From Octopus sinensis (taxonomy: Eukaryota): a DNA stretch of 64,000 bases. Location of the stretch: positions 93,000,001 to 93,064,000 of the forward strand of contig NC_043000.1 in NCBI RefSeq assembly GCF_006345805.1. The letters are read 5' to 3'. The position numbers and the translations under genes are program-made. The notes below the pieces were generated by a model. It made no database searches. It was not told where the DNA came from and saw only the letters and a program-made list of their open reading frames with translations. Of this stretch, positions 24,219 to 38,690 are shown in pieces; the stretch's first letter is position 1, and each line of letters starts with the position of its first letter.

Positions 24219-24259
<41 letters not shown>

Positions 24260-24333
24260 CAACATATATATATTCATGCATGTGCATATCTATATTTGGC
24301 GTCTTCCCTTCTTTGGATCTTTCCTTTTCCTAT

Positions 24334-24368
24334 GTTTCTGACGAAGAGCTCCGCTCAAAACATTAAAC
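24334..24368 (+). ncRNA. Minimal hammerhead ribozyme-like motif (degenerate) in a short (TA)n-adjacent element (~24295-24470)
   Basis: GUUU CUGACGA A GAGC ucc GCUC aAAAC aUU AAAC: stems I and II pair; two G>A changes at inferred former CpGs. Confidence 0.6.
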
Positions 24369-24511
24369 CCTCCTTCTTTCCTGAGCGTCCAATAACACTA
24401 TACTTGTTCCACGTCCTCGCGGTGTTGAGTTTTCATGTTTGGATTAACTTTATATACTGCACGCTCACACGGACCCTGGCCTTCTGACTGCCTTAGATAA
24501 CCAATTCCTGG

Positions 24512-24557
<46 letters not shown>

Positions 24558-24574
24558 GTATATATTTTTTTATT

Positions 24575-25140
24575 CTTTTATTCTTTTATTTATTTCAGTG
24601 ATTTGACTGCAGCCCTGCTGGAGCACTATCTTTTATTCGAAAAAAATCAACCCCAGGACTTATTCTTTTTAAGCATAGTACTTATTCTTATTTCTTTACA
24701 AGGACAGACAAACAGATTAAGTCGATTATATCGACCCCATTGCGTAACTAGTACTTATTTAATCAACCCCAAAAGGATGGAAGGCAGTCGACCTTGGTGG
24801 AATTTGAACTCAGAACGTTGCGGCAGATGAAATACTGCTAAGCATTTCATCCAGTGTGCTAACATTTCTGTCAGCTCACTGCCTTGTACTTATTCTATCA
24901 GTCTCTGTTGCTGAACCGATAGGTTACAGGGATGTCAAGAGATGATGGAGGGACAAACACAGATGCACAAACATGTATATGTATATATATATATAGAACA
25001 GACTTCTTTCAGTTTCCGTCTACCAAATCCACTCAAAGCTATAGTACGAAACACTTGCCCAAGGTGACTTGCCCAAGGTGACTGAACCCGGAACCATGTG
25101 TTTGGTAAACAAGCTACTTACCACACAACTACTCCTGCAC
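24575..25140 (-). mobile_element. Family A SINE interrupted by a family B SINE (24700-24885)
   Basis: Family A tail, family B body, then family A remainder. Confidence 0.8.
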
Positions 25141-25414
25141 ACATATATATATGTATATATTATATGATATCATATATTTTAGCTTGTCATTTAAATGTAT
25201 ATGTGCTTAGGAATATACATGCACATATATATGTTGAGTATTTCATGCATATGCAACTATATGTATACATGTGTGGTTTTATAGCAATGTACATACAGGT
25301 AGTCACGTGTCTTCCTCTTGGAGATAATGAAAGAAAAATCTTGCTAGATAATAAATAGCTGAAAGCTGAATCAACCAGATAAATATGATAACACTTCAAA
25401 TGATACACAGAAAT

Positions 25415-25680
<266 letters not shown>

Positions 25681-26291
25681 GCGAGAGTTAACATTATGAA
25701 ATAGAACAAGCTCAAAAAAAATATTAGAAGACTAAATCAATCACATTGTGTGTGTGTGTGTGTATATTTATTTGCATGTATGTATATGTGAGTGTGTAGT
25801 TGTGTGTGTATGTGTGCATATCTGTTTTCTCTGATTCATGTAAGCAAAACGACCCAGTCATTGGTAGATTAAAGTTTCATATTTCTTGCATTATGCGGAA
25901 TTAAATTTCCGTTTTTAATTTGGAATTAATATACATATTTTATTTATTTTTTTTTTTTTTGTTAGATTTTTTTTTTCTTTTCTCATAAGGTAGCAAAAAG
26001 GATGTTTTGAAGTTCTTAATGAAATTCTCTTCTTTATATTATTGTATTTCTTTTTTGGGGGGAGGGGGGGAATGTCAGATTTGTTAGAACATTGAAAATT
26101 TTTCTTTGTGATAATTCTACCAAGGTCAGCTTTGCTATTCATTCTTTCAGGATTCAATAAAATATAGCACCAGCAATCCCCTAATGTTGATGCAATTGAC
26201 GTACCCATGACCCTCAAAAATGCTACTTTTGCCGAATTACGAAACAAAAATTTTGTCAAATTTTGAAACAAAAAATTTCATGGGTAGAAAA

Positions 26292-26357
<66 letters not shown>

Positions 26358-26376
26358 TATTATTATTATTATTATT

Positions 26377-26462
<86 letters not shown>

Positions 26463-26710
26463 TTTTATCATTCAGTGAGAGAGCAGTGCATGCCATCAAA
26501 ATAACACTGAGGTAAAATGTGTGAAGCACAATACACCCATCATGACTACCCATCTGATAGAGTACACCAGGCATATGCATCACAACCATATATGCACGAC
26601 ATGGTGATCTCACATCAAGATAAACAATGCATGACCCTGCAGGTGGGGGCCCACTTAGAATTTTCTTCAGGTTGAGTAGCCCATCCCACTCAAAAGATCC
26701 CTGAATAAGG
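26292..26710 (-). mobile_element. 3' end of a retroposon (26475-26710) ending in a (TAA)n tract (26292-26465)
   Basis: GC-richer block abutting the (TTA)n array; class inferred from the tail. Confidence 0.5.
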
Positions 26711-26790
26711 GTCATCATCATCATCATCATTGTTCGACCGTGGTCGAGACAATGGAATTTACCATGCTACGCCAGACTTCACGGTCCATC
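26711..26790 (-). mobile_element. RTE LINE extreme 3' end with (TGA)n tail
   Basis: Minus strand DREVWRSMVNSIVSTTVEQ* then TGATGATG. Confidence 0.7.
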
Positions 26791-27064
26791 ATGCTAAGCA
26801 TTTCGACCAGTGTGCTAACTTCTTTTAGTCACCTTTTACAACATGCAGAAGAAACACTGGGTCTATTCTTTGACATGCTGGTCCCTACACAGCACTAGAT
26901 GAATTCAAAGGGACTACCAATGTAAAATGACATTGCTTTACCCAAGAACACAACACACCACCCAGTCCAGGAATTGAACTCACAATCTGGTGATTGCGAG
27001 TACAATACCTGAATGACTAGGCTACATACTTTCATAACAGTTTTGTTAAGATGTGCACAGTACC

Positions 27065-27275
27065 GCCTAGCAAGGCTGATTTTTATATGACACCAATCTT
27101 ACATGGTATTCTCTAATACTTTCACAAGTCTTGAAGTTTCAATGGGATTGACCCTGGTGCCCCTAATTACTGGTATCACTTTTACATTACTCCCCCACAT
27201 TCCAAACAGTCTTGCCATCTCCACTTTCAATTTGGAGTATTCTTTACTTAATATATTTATGCCATTTTGGTATGG
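27065..27275 (-). mobile_element. Dong/R4-like RLE C-terminal fragment
   Basis: KEYSKLKVEMARLFGMWGSNVKVIPVI..KSALL. Confidence 0.7.
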
Positions 27276-27636
27276 CTATGTCAACAACTTGGAAATATTG
27301 TGTATGTGTGCGTGTGTGTGTGTGTGTGTGTGATCAGCATCAATACCATTGCTTTTATGCCCATTTTTCCATATTGGCAATGGTTTCACAAAACTTGTTG
27401 AAGTAGATTTTCTATGGTTGCATGCCCTTCCTGTTGCCAATACTTATCTGTTCTCCAACTAAGATATTTTCATTTCACTGGTTCTTGCAAGTCAAACACT
27501 ACAAATTCAGTGAAATTGCAGGACTTCTGCATCCCAGAAAATGTAAATAAGTCATTTTATGCCGAAGTAGTTTCAATATGAACATCTGAATCAAATGACA
27601 TTCAGAAACATACACACCTATACATACATACATACA

Positions 27637-27670
<34 letters not shown>

Positions 27671-27704
27671 CACACCTATATATACATACATGCATAATTA
27701 TATA

Positions 27705-28232
27705 TTAGGTTGTCCAGAAAGTTTTGAGTGTTTTTAAGCTAAATCTTTTAACGTTTCATTGAACAAACCTCAATTGTAACACAGTTAAAATTTTGGCCTT
27801 GCTTGAAGTGGTAGCGCATCTCTTCTTTGTTCCTGACTAAAAATAAATTTATCTTCCATTCCGGTTACCCTTTATTGACATTTGAAATGGATAACCAAAA
27901 ATTTCATATTCGCATCGTAAAGCTCTTCTCTTTTGAAAAAGGATAAAATGCTGCAAAACCTTGCAAAAATATTTGTGAAGTTTATGGTGAATCAACTGTT
28001 CAAAGATGGTTTGCAAAATTTAAAGCCAGAGAGTTTAGCTTGTAAAATGACAGTCACAATGGAAAAACCTTCGAAAATGGATGAAGATGTTTTGAAGACA
28101 AAAATCAAAGAAAACTCAAATATCATGACAAGAGAACTCGCAGAGGAGTTGGAAGTTTCTAAAAGTATGGCTCATGAATACCTAGTGAAGCTAAGATATT
28201 TTTCTCTCTATAATGTATGGGTTCCTGTGTAG
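27705..28232 (+). mobile_element. Mariner left end and HTH region
   Basis: TIR TTAGGTTGTCCAGAAAG; STVQRWFAKFK; NIMTRELAEELEVSKS..VWVP. Confidence 0.85.
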
Positions 28233-28239
28233 TAAGAAA

Positions 28240-29350
28240 TCTGATTCCCAACAATATGTATCTTTGAACTTTCAGCTTTTCTTGTCTGCTAGAATTTGTT
28301 AGACTAATTCTCAATCTACCAAAAATCCACATTTGAAAGACTTCTGGTTTTTTACTCCATTGCTGTGTACATTGTCCAAATTTCAGCCCCAGAGATGACA
28401 ATTGGTATGATATAGGTTTTAGATGCAGTTTAACAGTTTAACAGTTTTAGTTTGACAGTTTTAATTTAACAGTTTTTACATGCAGTTTAACAGTTTAACA
28501 GTCTTAGTTTAACACTTCTAGATGCTATTTCAAAGTTTAATGGTTTTAGATGCACTTTAACAGCTTGACAATTTTAACAGTTGCAGTTTAACAGCTTCAG
28601 ATGCATGGTTAACTGTTTAACAGTTATAGTTTAAAATTTTTGGTGCAGTTTAACAGTTTGACAGTTTAACATTTTAACAGTTTTAGATGCAATTTAATGG
28701 TTTGACAGTTTAACAACTTTAGATTTAAAATTTTAGGTGCAGTTTAATAGTTTCGAAAACTGTTAAACTGCACCTAAAATATAGTGTTATTTTTTTCTTA
28801 TACATATTATTTAGACTTATTTTTTTCTCTGAGTAACTTCTTCACTGTAACCTTCTTTATTATTTCTCCGAAATACTTGAAGAGTTTTACTCGTTCAAGC
28901 TTCTGTCCATTTACCTTTTTGCTTTATCATACTATACTATTAACCATTTTCTTTGTTTTCCATTCACTTTTAGGCCTTTCCTATCACTTTGCTCTTTTGC
29001 AGCATCAAAAATTTCTTGTAGTTTCTCATTGCTATTTGTCAGTAATACTGTTATTATCAACATATATTGTTTATGTTCGCTCCATTGACTATGAGTCTTT
29101 TGGTTTCATCTGACTCTATGAATATGTTCTTACTATATGTATTAAATAGGTATAGTGATAACACCCCCACCCTGTCTTATACCTCTTTTGATCTCTGCTT
29201 GTTCTGACAATTCTTGTTCTATTTTAATGGCTACTGTTTTGTTCCAGTATAACACTCAAATGATTCTGATGCCCTTTCCTTCTAAGCCAGCTTTACCTAA
29301 AGCAGTGACGAGCTCCTTGTCGTATAAATGGTAAAACGCCTTGCCATAAT
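28240..29350 (-). mobile_element. Decayed RTE-clade reverse transcriptase fragment interrupted by a tandem array
   Basis: LYWNKTVAIKIEQELSEQAEIKRGIRQG; VNGANINNI plus degraded YADD; beyond the array IPIVISGAEIWT..QMWIFGRLRIS. Confidence 0.8.
28415..28781. repeat. Irregular (CAGTTTAA)-based minisatellite ending in a 24-bp hairpin
   Basis: About nine AGATGCAGTTT-like anchors with variable 8-mer modules; hairpin 28731-28754 / 28758-28781. Confidence 0.9.
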
Positions 29351-29788
29351 CTATGAAGCAAACAAATAGAATGCATCTTTTTGTACTTGCATTTGCTTTT
29401 GTGTTGTATATGCATAAATATGGCCAAGCCTACACACACACACACATATGCATATATATATATTTTGCTTAAACATAGCAGTGCTAATAACCTGGTGTTA
29501 GAAGTCAATATACATATGCCTGCCTCAGAGAAAAGCATTAGTCAAGTACAGAGTGCAATAAGAGACAATGGAACAAGGAATTATGTAATGAATTTCATTA
29601 GGTTACTCTTTACTCTTTTACTCTTTTACTTGTTTCAGTCATTGTGACTGTGGCCATGCTGGAGCACCGCCTGTAGGTTACAGCTGTTACTTCTATAAGA
29701 TGCGAAATGCATTCATAGTTGAGCACATGTGTATCACCTTATGGCCTCATTAAAACTTCAGTACATATATATATATATATTATATATA

Positions 29789-29842
<54 letters not shown>

Positions 29843-29904
29843 TATGTATGTATGTATGTGTGTATGTATGTATGTATATGTATATGAAGGACTCTCTCAT
29901 CGTT

Positions 29905-31077
29905 AGATGATGTATAAGGGTTCGGCAATTTCTTACCAAACAACCACACAGATGATTTGTTTATAGTGATCAAATGTTTGTGTAGACATAAGCTCACTCC
30001 CTTCATCAGATCAACATTATCTGTACAGCAAGGGAAAACATTTGTGAAGTGTATCCAGATGCAATGAAAGCTCATACATGCCAGCTGTGGTGCAAAAGGT
30101 TTAAAGAAGGTGATTGTGACATATCTGACAAGCCTTGCACTGCAAGACAACCCACTCTAAATGACGACCTATTTAGTGAGACTGTTGTATGAAACTCATA
30201 TCAAAGCACCAGAGATCTGGTGCAAAGAATTTAATGTGTCATGTTCAACTATCCACAAACATCTCTAGCAAATTTGGAAAAACATGCAAAGAGAGAATTT
30301 GGGTCTTAATGAGTTTATGCTCAAGAACCAAATATACCATTCTACCATCTGTCATTTCTGCAGTTCATTGTTACAGGTGATGAAAAATGGGTTTTGCATC
30401 TCAACAGAAAATGAAAACGACAATGTTTATCATGTAATGAGAGGCCAGTGCTAATACCAAAACCAGAACTCCATCCACAAAAATCCTTGTTCCGTGTTTG
30501 ACAGAACATGAAAGGTATTGTCCATTGCAAGCTACTGGAACATGGAAGAACCATCAATGCAGATGTCTATTGCCAACAACTTGATTGTTTAAATGAAAAA
30601 TTACAGTGAAAGTGGCGAGCTTTGGTAAACAGAAAAAGTGTTATTCTCCAGCATGACAATGCACAGCCACATTCTTCAAAACAAACCCAAGAAAAAATAA
30701 GTTCTTCCACACATTCCATACCCACCTGTCTTAGCCTCTATGGATTTCAATCTGTTCCAATCACTAGAACATTTTATAAGAGGCAAAACATTCAGAAATA
30801 GAGAGGAAATGGAATACAGTCTTTCAAAAACTTTTCAGGAAAAGAGATAGGTTTTTTTGAACATGGCATAAAAAAGTTACTTGCCTGTTGGACTGCATTT
30901 ATTGAAAACGATGGCGATTATATTCTTGATTAAAACTACTCAGATAAACTTTCAGAAACAGTCAGGAAGTTGAAAACAGTCTTTCAGACATTTTTTTAAA
31001 GAAAAGAAATAAGTTTCTTTGAATATTTGTGTTTATATCATTTCTGCTAAAATGAAATGACTTTCTGAACACCCTAA
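29905..31077 (+). mobile_element. Decayed mariner (DD34D) element
   Basis: TGDEKWV; GIVHCKLLEHGRTINADVYCQQLD; LQHDNAQPH; right TIR CTTTCTGAACACCCTAA+TA. Confidence 0.9.
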
Positions 31078-31260
31078 TATATATAATATTATTTCATAAG
31101 CACAATATATATTTTTATGAGCTACCATTAGTTTCATGTCATGAAAACAGCTCAGACAACATTTTAAACATACCTGGTGGCTTCACACAATCCTCAGGCT
31201 GTGCCCACATGGCATAGCAAGCTAAAAACAGGACGATAGGATATATATATATATATAAAA

Positions 31261-31422
31261 CCAGTCCTGTGTGTGTATATATGCGTGTGTGACTATCTCT
31301 CTGCTTCTCTCTCTCTATCTATCTATCTATCTGTCTATATATACACACACACACACATACATATATATATATACACACACACACCTATATATATATATAT
31401 AAATATATACATACGTATAAAA

Positions 31423-31461
<39 letters not shown>

Positions 31462-31470
31462 TAGATAGAT

Positions 31471-31541
<71 letters not shown>

Positions 31542-31596
31542 TAGAGAGAGAAGCAGAGAGATAGTCACACACACATATACACACATAGGACTGGCT
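31261..31596. repeat. Fold-back duplication around a microsatellite core
   Basis: CCAGTCC..GACTATCTCTCTGCTTCTCTCTC vs GAGAGAAGCAGAGAGATAGTC..GGACTGG. Confidence 0.85.
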
Positions 31597-32349
31597 TTTT
31601 ATTAGTTTCTGGCTACCAGTTTCCACTTGCAACTTATAGGTCAGCCAGCAGTTATAGCAGAAACCACTTGCCCCATGTGCCATGCAGCCATGCTGTGAGA
31701 CCAAACTTAGCACCACACAGATGCAAAGCAAACTTTGTAACCACAATATATGTAAAGCATAATAAAATCAGATATATACGGTAATTTTCATTCAATGAGT
31801 TGATGTGCAAAATATAAGATGTATATGGTGGGGTTTCGATTTCAGAATTTATGGCTACAAAACTTCCAGAGTGAAATCTCACATTGATCGCTCTCCTCCT
31901 TCTAAAAGCTATTAAATAAAGAGTCAGGAATCTATAAGAAATGGACTTAGTTGACAATTAATTTTACAGCCACAAATGTAAAAATAATATGAATAAAGTT
32001 TATCAATCAGTTCTAAACTTGAGATTTTCTTATAAAAACATACTATGTAAAGAAATGCTAATTAAAGGAGTTGAAATATTCTAACATTATTATTAATTCA
32101 GCAATTATTCATCATCATAGATAGGGAGATTCATTAAAATTCAGAAATCGAGCCGCAATTTGCTATCAAATGTAAATTAAATCGTTTTCCCATTGTTTAC
32201 AGATAGAAATATGTAGGAAAATCAAGAATTAGAGAATCTCAAAGAATGTCAAATGTAAAGTTAAGTTAGTTAAGAGTTTGAGAATAAATTTAGAAAAGAT
32301 TACTTAGAAATAATAAATATATTGATAAATTTTCCTATTTCTCGTTACA

Positions 32350-33240
<891 letters not shown>

Positions 33241-33399
33241 TATGTTACAACAAAAATTTTATATCCCTCTTCTGAATGTTTTATTAATTTTTTTTCAGGA
33301 TAATTAAAATTTCCTTAATTTTCCTTACATTTGGTCTATATCCTTTGTAAAATTTACTTTATTTCTCAGCAACTTCAAAAGAAAGAGTTACAACATAAG

Positions 33400-33454
33400 T
33401 AACAGCAACAACAACAACTACAACAGCAGCAGCAGCAACAACAACAGCAATGAA

Positions 33455-33519
<65 letters not shown>

Positions 33520-34005
33520 TAATAATAATAATGATAATAATGAATATAAGTTTTAAATATATATATATATTGTGGTTGGATTTACTTAAAGCTATTAATG
33601 AAGAAGTGAAATTCCATTTTAAAATAAGTGTGTTTTAAGGTAAGAAATGTTAGAACTCAGCAGATTATAGAAGCTGATAAGGAATATATGGGTTTGCAAG
33701 AAGAATATCTAACTTTGAAACACTGGATGAATTCAAAGGGAGTACCAAAAAATTGGAATGTAAAATTTTTAAAAAATCAAAGAATTTTAACAAAAATATA
33801 CGCGATGATGATGGTGGTGGTGATGATGGTGGTGATGGTGGTGATGACGATGATGGTGATGAGGCAGAAGTGGAAGGGGCGAAGTGATGACAATGAAGCT
33901 GCCACCCCCACGACCCCCACCACTAACAACAACAAAGGTGACAAGGACAATGATGATGACTATGGTGATGATGATGATGATGATGATGATGACGATGATG
34001 GTGAC

Positions 34006-34043
<38 letters not shown>

Positions 34044-34080
34044 CGACGACAACGATGATGACGATGACGATGATGATATT
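33400..34080. repeat. Trinucleotide tracts (CAA/CAG)n, (TAA)n, (GAT/GAC/GGT)n
   Basis: Direct inspection. Confidence 0.9.
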
Positions 34081-34419
34081 AAATAAAACACAAATGTAAG
34101 AACAGAGTATTTTCCTTTAAATCATGTAATAATTTGAAATATATTCTGAACATTTTATTTTGTTTTTATTCGTTTCTGTTCTTTTATTTTTTATTTTTTA
34201 TTTTCATCCTTCTCTTTTATATTTTTTTATGTAATTTTTATGTTATTTTCATTTCTTTATTTTTTTTTAAGAGAAAATAACATATAAAGTGAAGCAAAGT
34301 GCAAAACAATTAAATATTATTCACTGCTTGAATAATGAATTAGCTTTACTAATTTGAATACAAGTTGTTATCGTTAAAATTCTTAACGAGGAAATATAAA
34401 CATTTCCAACATACATGTG

Positions 34420-34431
34420 TGTGCACATGCA

Positions 34432-34472
<41 letters not shown>

Positions 34473-34696
34473 TATATACACATATATATACACACATACA
34501 TACATACATACATATATAAATAAATAAATATATATATATTTATACATACACACACACACACATCTATGTATGTATTCATATATATATATTATATATATAT
34601 ATATATATACATACACATCTACATATATATATATATATTTATATATCTATATATATATATAGATATATATATAATATATATATATAATATATATAG

Positions 34697-34739
<43 letters not shown>

Positions 34740-35149
34740 TATATATATATATAATATATAATATATATATATGCATATTTTTTTGCATAAAAATGTTGCT
34801 ACTTTTTGTCGTTCTTGTTGATGTGTTTTGGCAAACGAAAGTTATTTAGTGAATGGAAGAGTGTTCTTGATAACAGCGTCCTCTCTTTAATTTAATTATC
34901 TCCTAATAACAATACAGTTTCAATTCTACCCTGAAACAAAGAATTTAATTTTTCAATGACTACTCACAGTGTATACATACATGTACACATACATATATAT
35001 TCGTATGCCTATATCTGTATATATGTATATATCTATATCTACATATATAACTATGTATGTATATATATATATATATATATATTAGTATAATTATAATAAA
35101 TAGATTTAATACATGTATATATGCATATATATATGTATATATATATATA

Positions 35150-35185
<36 letters not shown>

Positions 35186-35290
35186 TATATATATACATAT
35201 ATATATATATTATATATATATATATACATATATATTTGTGTGTGTGTGTGTGTGTGTGTGCATATGTGTGTGGGCACACATACATATTTC
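34420..35290. repeat. (TA)n-based compound microsatellites
   Basis: Direct inspection. Confidence 0.9.
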
Positions 35291-35739
35291 ATTAGAAATA
35301 TGGTCCTATCATGTCCTCTGTTGTTATTTTATTTATAGTTTTTATAATTTCTTTTATAATCACGTTAGCTTCTTTGTCGTTATCAGATGTTTGTAAAATA
35401 AGTTTCTCCATGTTCTTAAATTCTTTTCAATGTGACAAGTTCTATCAGCAGAATGTCCAGCAATAGAATGCTGGAATTTTATATGCAATATGTTTACATA
35501 CTGTTCCTTATCTTTCAACTGCTGTTGGCACTCCTAAGGTGTGTACTGATTAATAAAACATCATTGATAGACATGTTTCATTATATTAACAATGTGTTTC
35601 TTTGTGTGTTGTTCTTGTCATTGTTTATTTCTGAATAGCTATGATCAAGCAGACTTATGATCAATGATATTCCAACCATGGCCATTCCATATAATTATCT
35701 TAACTATCTACATTGTTTTAATTATTTTTTGAAGATTCG

Positions 35740-36019
35740 CCCTTTCAATACCAACCCGGCTGAAATCGTCTCTGGCTCCATAGTAATATTGTCTTGTTTT
35801 TATAAGTTTTGAATTAAAATCTTCCACCAAACCTTAGTCACAATTTATATTCCTAACACTAGCTTAATTATAACTAAGTTATTTTACTAAATTCTTATAT
35901 ATAAAATTATATATATATATATAATATTATATATATAAAATTATATATATAAAATTATATATATAAAATTAATTGAAAGAAACACAGAATGTCTCAAAAT
36001 AAATACAGTAACAAAAGGG
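35740..36019. mobile_element. piggyBac-like MITE (related fragments at ~40160-40400, 58385-58505, 59405-59725)
   Basis: Ends CCCTTTCAATACC / AGTAACAAAAGGG+TTAA; left TTAA not preserved. Confidence 0.55.
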
Positions 36020-36169
36020 TTAAGTATGATTAGGTTAGGGTATGATTTCGGGAAATTTACTTGCTATTTAGAGCAGGTGAAGCAACCAGGCAACAGTTCT
36101 ATGTAGGTTTGATACTTCTGTGATGTGGTATAATAGATGTGGTATGTTGAGATATTAATACTAGGACCA

Positions 36170-36390
36170 TGGCAGGCAATGAGCTAGTAGAATCATTGGT
36201 ACATTGAGCAAAATGCTTAGAGACATTTCATCCATCTTTGTTGTCTCATTTCAAATGCCACCAAGGTTGACTTTGCCTTTCATGCTTTCAGAATCGATAA
36301 ATACATACCAGTTGAACGCTGGGTCTAAATAATCAACTTGCTGCCTCCCAGAAAGCTAATGGCCCTGTGTTAAAATATGAAACACATATC
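36170..36390 (+). mobile_element. SINE family B
   Basis: Diagnostic motifs. Confidence 0.8.
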
Positions 36391-36914
36391 AGTTTATCGG
36401 ATGATAAAAAGGAAATCCAGACAATTTTTTGAAAAGTGACATTTTGCCCCCCCCCCCCCCCCTTGGAGTGACCAGCTGGGTTTGCCATTTCTAAAAGCCA
36501 AGAATCATTTGCTATTGAAAGACTGACCAGCTGCAAAGATATCAACAAATCTTTTCTTCTTTTTCTCCTTCTTCCTTTCCTTCTCTTTTTCTTTAACACC
36601 ACTTTCAGATACAAAAACACACACACACACACTCTCTCTCGCTTTCTTCCCATTCCTCATCCTCTTGTACTATCTTATATCTCTCCCCACTCCTTCAAAA
36701 TTCCTGCAAAAGTTCAATTTGACATCTCCATTAAAGTGAACGAAAGTGCTAATATATGATATATGATTTATAAAAACATGTAGCATACTAATAAATATCT
36801 GTAAATATAAAACCATCCAGATTTCTGAGTACCTCATTTCTTCTAATATGTAATAGCTGTACATCATCTTCAAACCATCTAATATAAAATATATATATAT
36901 ACCTATATTCATAT

Positions 36915-37265
36915 ACAGGTGCAGGTTTGGCTGTGTGAGAAGATGCTTGTTTTCCAGCCACATTGTTCCAGGTTCAGACCTACTGTGTGGAACACTGGGC
37001 AAGTGACTTCTAGTTTAACTTTTGGCTGACCAAACCCTTGTGCATGGATTTGTGTCTTTTGTCTGTGTTTGTCCCTGCCACCACCACCACCATTTGGTTA
37101 GTGGTGCTGGTGTGTTTATACCCTTGCAACTTGGCATTTTGGCAAAAGAGACAGAAAATGTACCAGGCTTTTAAAAAATAAGTACTGGAGTTGATATATT
37201 CAACTAAAAATTCTTCAAGGCAGTGCCCCAGAATGGTTGCAGTGTTATGTGTGAATTAAGTAAAA
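36915..37265 (+). mobile_element. SINE family A (older, internally deleted)
   Basis: GGCTGTGTGAGAAGATGCTTG..GGGCAAGTGACTTC. Confidence 0.75.
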
Positions 37266-37954
37266 AATAAAATATTAAAAATATATATATATGCATATCC
37301 ATTTATGTTTGTATACAAGCATTTTAGATCTGTGTGATTGTCTATTTCTAGTAAATGAAACATCTATACTAAATAGCTAATTTGTTGTTAATGTATTTTA
37401 CTTCAAATTACACACAGATTCTCCTCAGCTTAGTACCTATGTAACATAACTATTTGCAGTTATGAGCAGCCACTTACAAATGTACAGAAAATAAATTAGG
37501 GAAATGAAATGGTTTAGTTATCAAGTAATCAGCAAGGGATTGTCAACAAATGGCAAAATTCTTTTGTATTTTGAAGGCCATATACAAAAATATTACCTAT
37601 ACAATTGTAAGCTAAAAGTAAAAGTATTTTGGTAACGCTGAAGTGATGAATAAGTGATGACTACAAATAGTACCTTTGAAATGAGCAATAGATGATTGAA
37701 TTGCATCCAAAGAAAAACAAACTAAATGTGTCTGGGGAAAATATTAAAGCAAAATTTAAAGTAAAGTCGCAGTGAACAAATTAAAGAGAGAAAATAGTTG
37801 TGGGTTTATTTTTTGTTTAGCACCAAGTTAATTCTAATTGTGCAGACCAAACTTGATCAAAGACATTCCAGCAATGACCAATAATTGTTTTAGAGTTACA
37901 TAGGGTTACAATATTGTATGTGTATTTTCCTTCCTTATGGTTGTTATTTCTTAT

Positions 37955-38183
37955 TTATTTATTGCCCACAAGGGGCTAAACATAGAGGGGACAAACAAGG
38001 ACAGACAAAGGGATTAAGTCGATTACATCGACCCCAGTGTGTAACTGGTACTTAATTTATTGACCCTGAAAGGATGAAAGGCACAGTCGACCACGACGGA
38101 ATTTGAACTCAGAATATAACGGCAGACGAAATACCACTAAGCATTTCGCCCGATGTGCCAACATTTCTGCTAGCTCACTGCCT
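37955..38183 (-). mobile_element. SINE family B with 18-bp TSD
   Basis: TTATGGTTGTTATTTCTT on both sides. Confidence 0.9.
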
Positions 38184-38284
38184 TTTATGGTTGTTATTTC
38201 TTGTGAGCCAAGTGACTCCATAGGAGATCTCTCTCCTCACAAAGAATTTATAGACAATATTGTCAACTGTATATGATAATACTC

Positions 38285-38690
38285 TTTCTCTCTTTTACTC
38301 TTTTACTTGTTTCAGTCATTTGACTGTGGCCATGCTGGAACATGGCCTTTAGTCGAACAAATCGACCCCGGGACTTATTCTATCGGTCTCTTTTGCCGAA
38401 CTGCTAAGTTACGGGGACATAAACACACCAGCATCGGTTGTCAACTGATGTTGGGGGGACAAACACAGACACACAAATATACACACACACATACACACAC
38501 ACATGCACACACACATATATATATATATAAGACGGGCTTCCTTCAGTTTCCGTCTACCAAATCCATTCACAAGGCTTTGGTTGGCCCAAGGCTATAGAAG
38601 AAGACATTTGCCCAAGGTGCCACGCAGTGGGACTGAACCCGGAACTATGTGGTTCGTAAGCAAGCTACCTACCGCACAGCCACTCCTATG
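38285..38690 (-). mobile_element. SINE family A
   Basis: Full head and tail. Confidence 0.9.

Noticed and set aside
28415-28781. CRISPR-like repeat/spacer array
   Set aside because: Spacers are themselves repeat modules, the context is eukaryotic and there are no cas genes.
33628-34086. 152-aa ORF with an acidic tail
   Set aside because: The C-terminal two-thirds is (GAT)n, and part of the N-terminus resembles the SINE fragment at ~26890.
35502-35533. Minus-strand ECQQQLKDKE mini-exon
   Set aside because: Only moderate acceptor and no supporting neighbouring exon.
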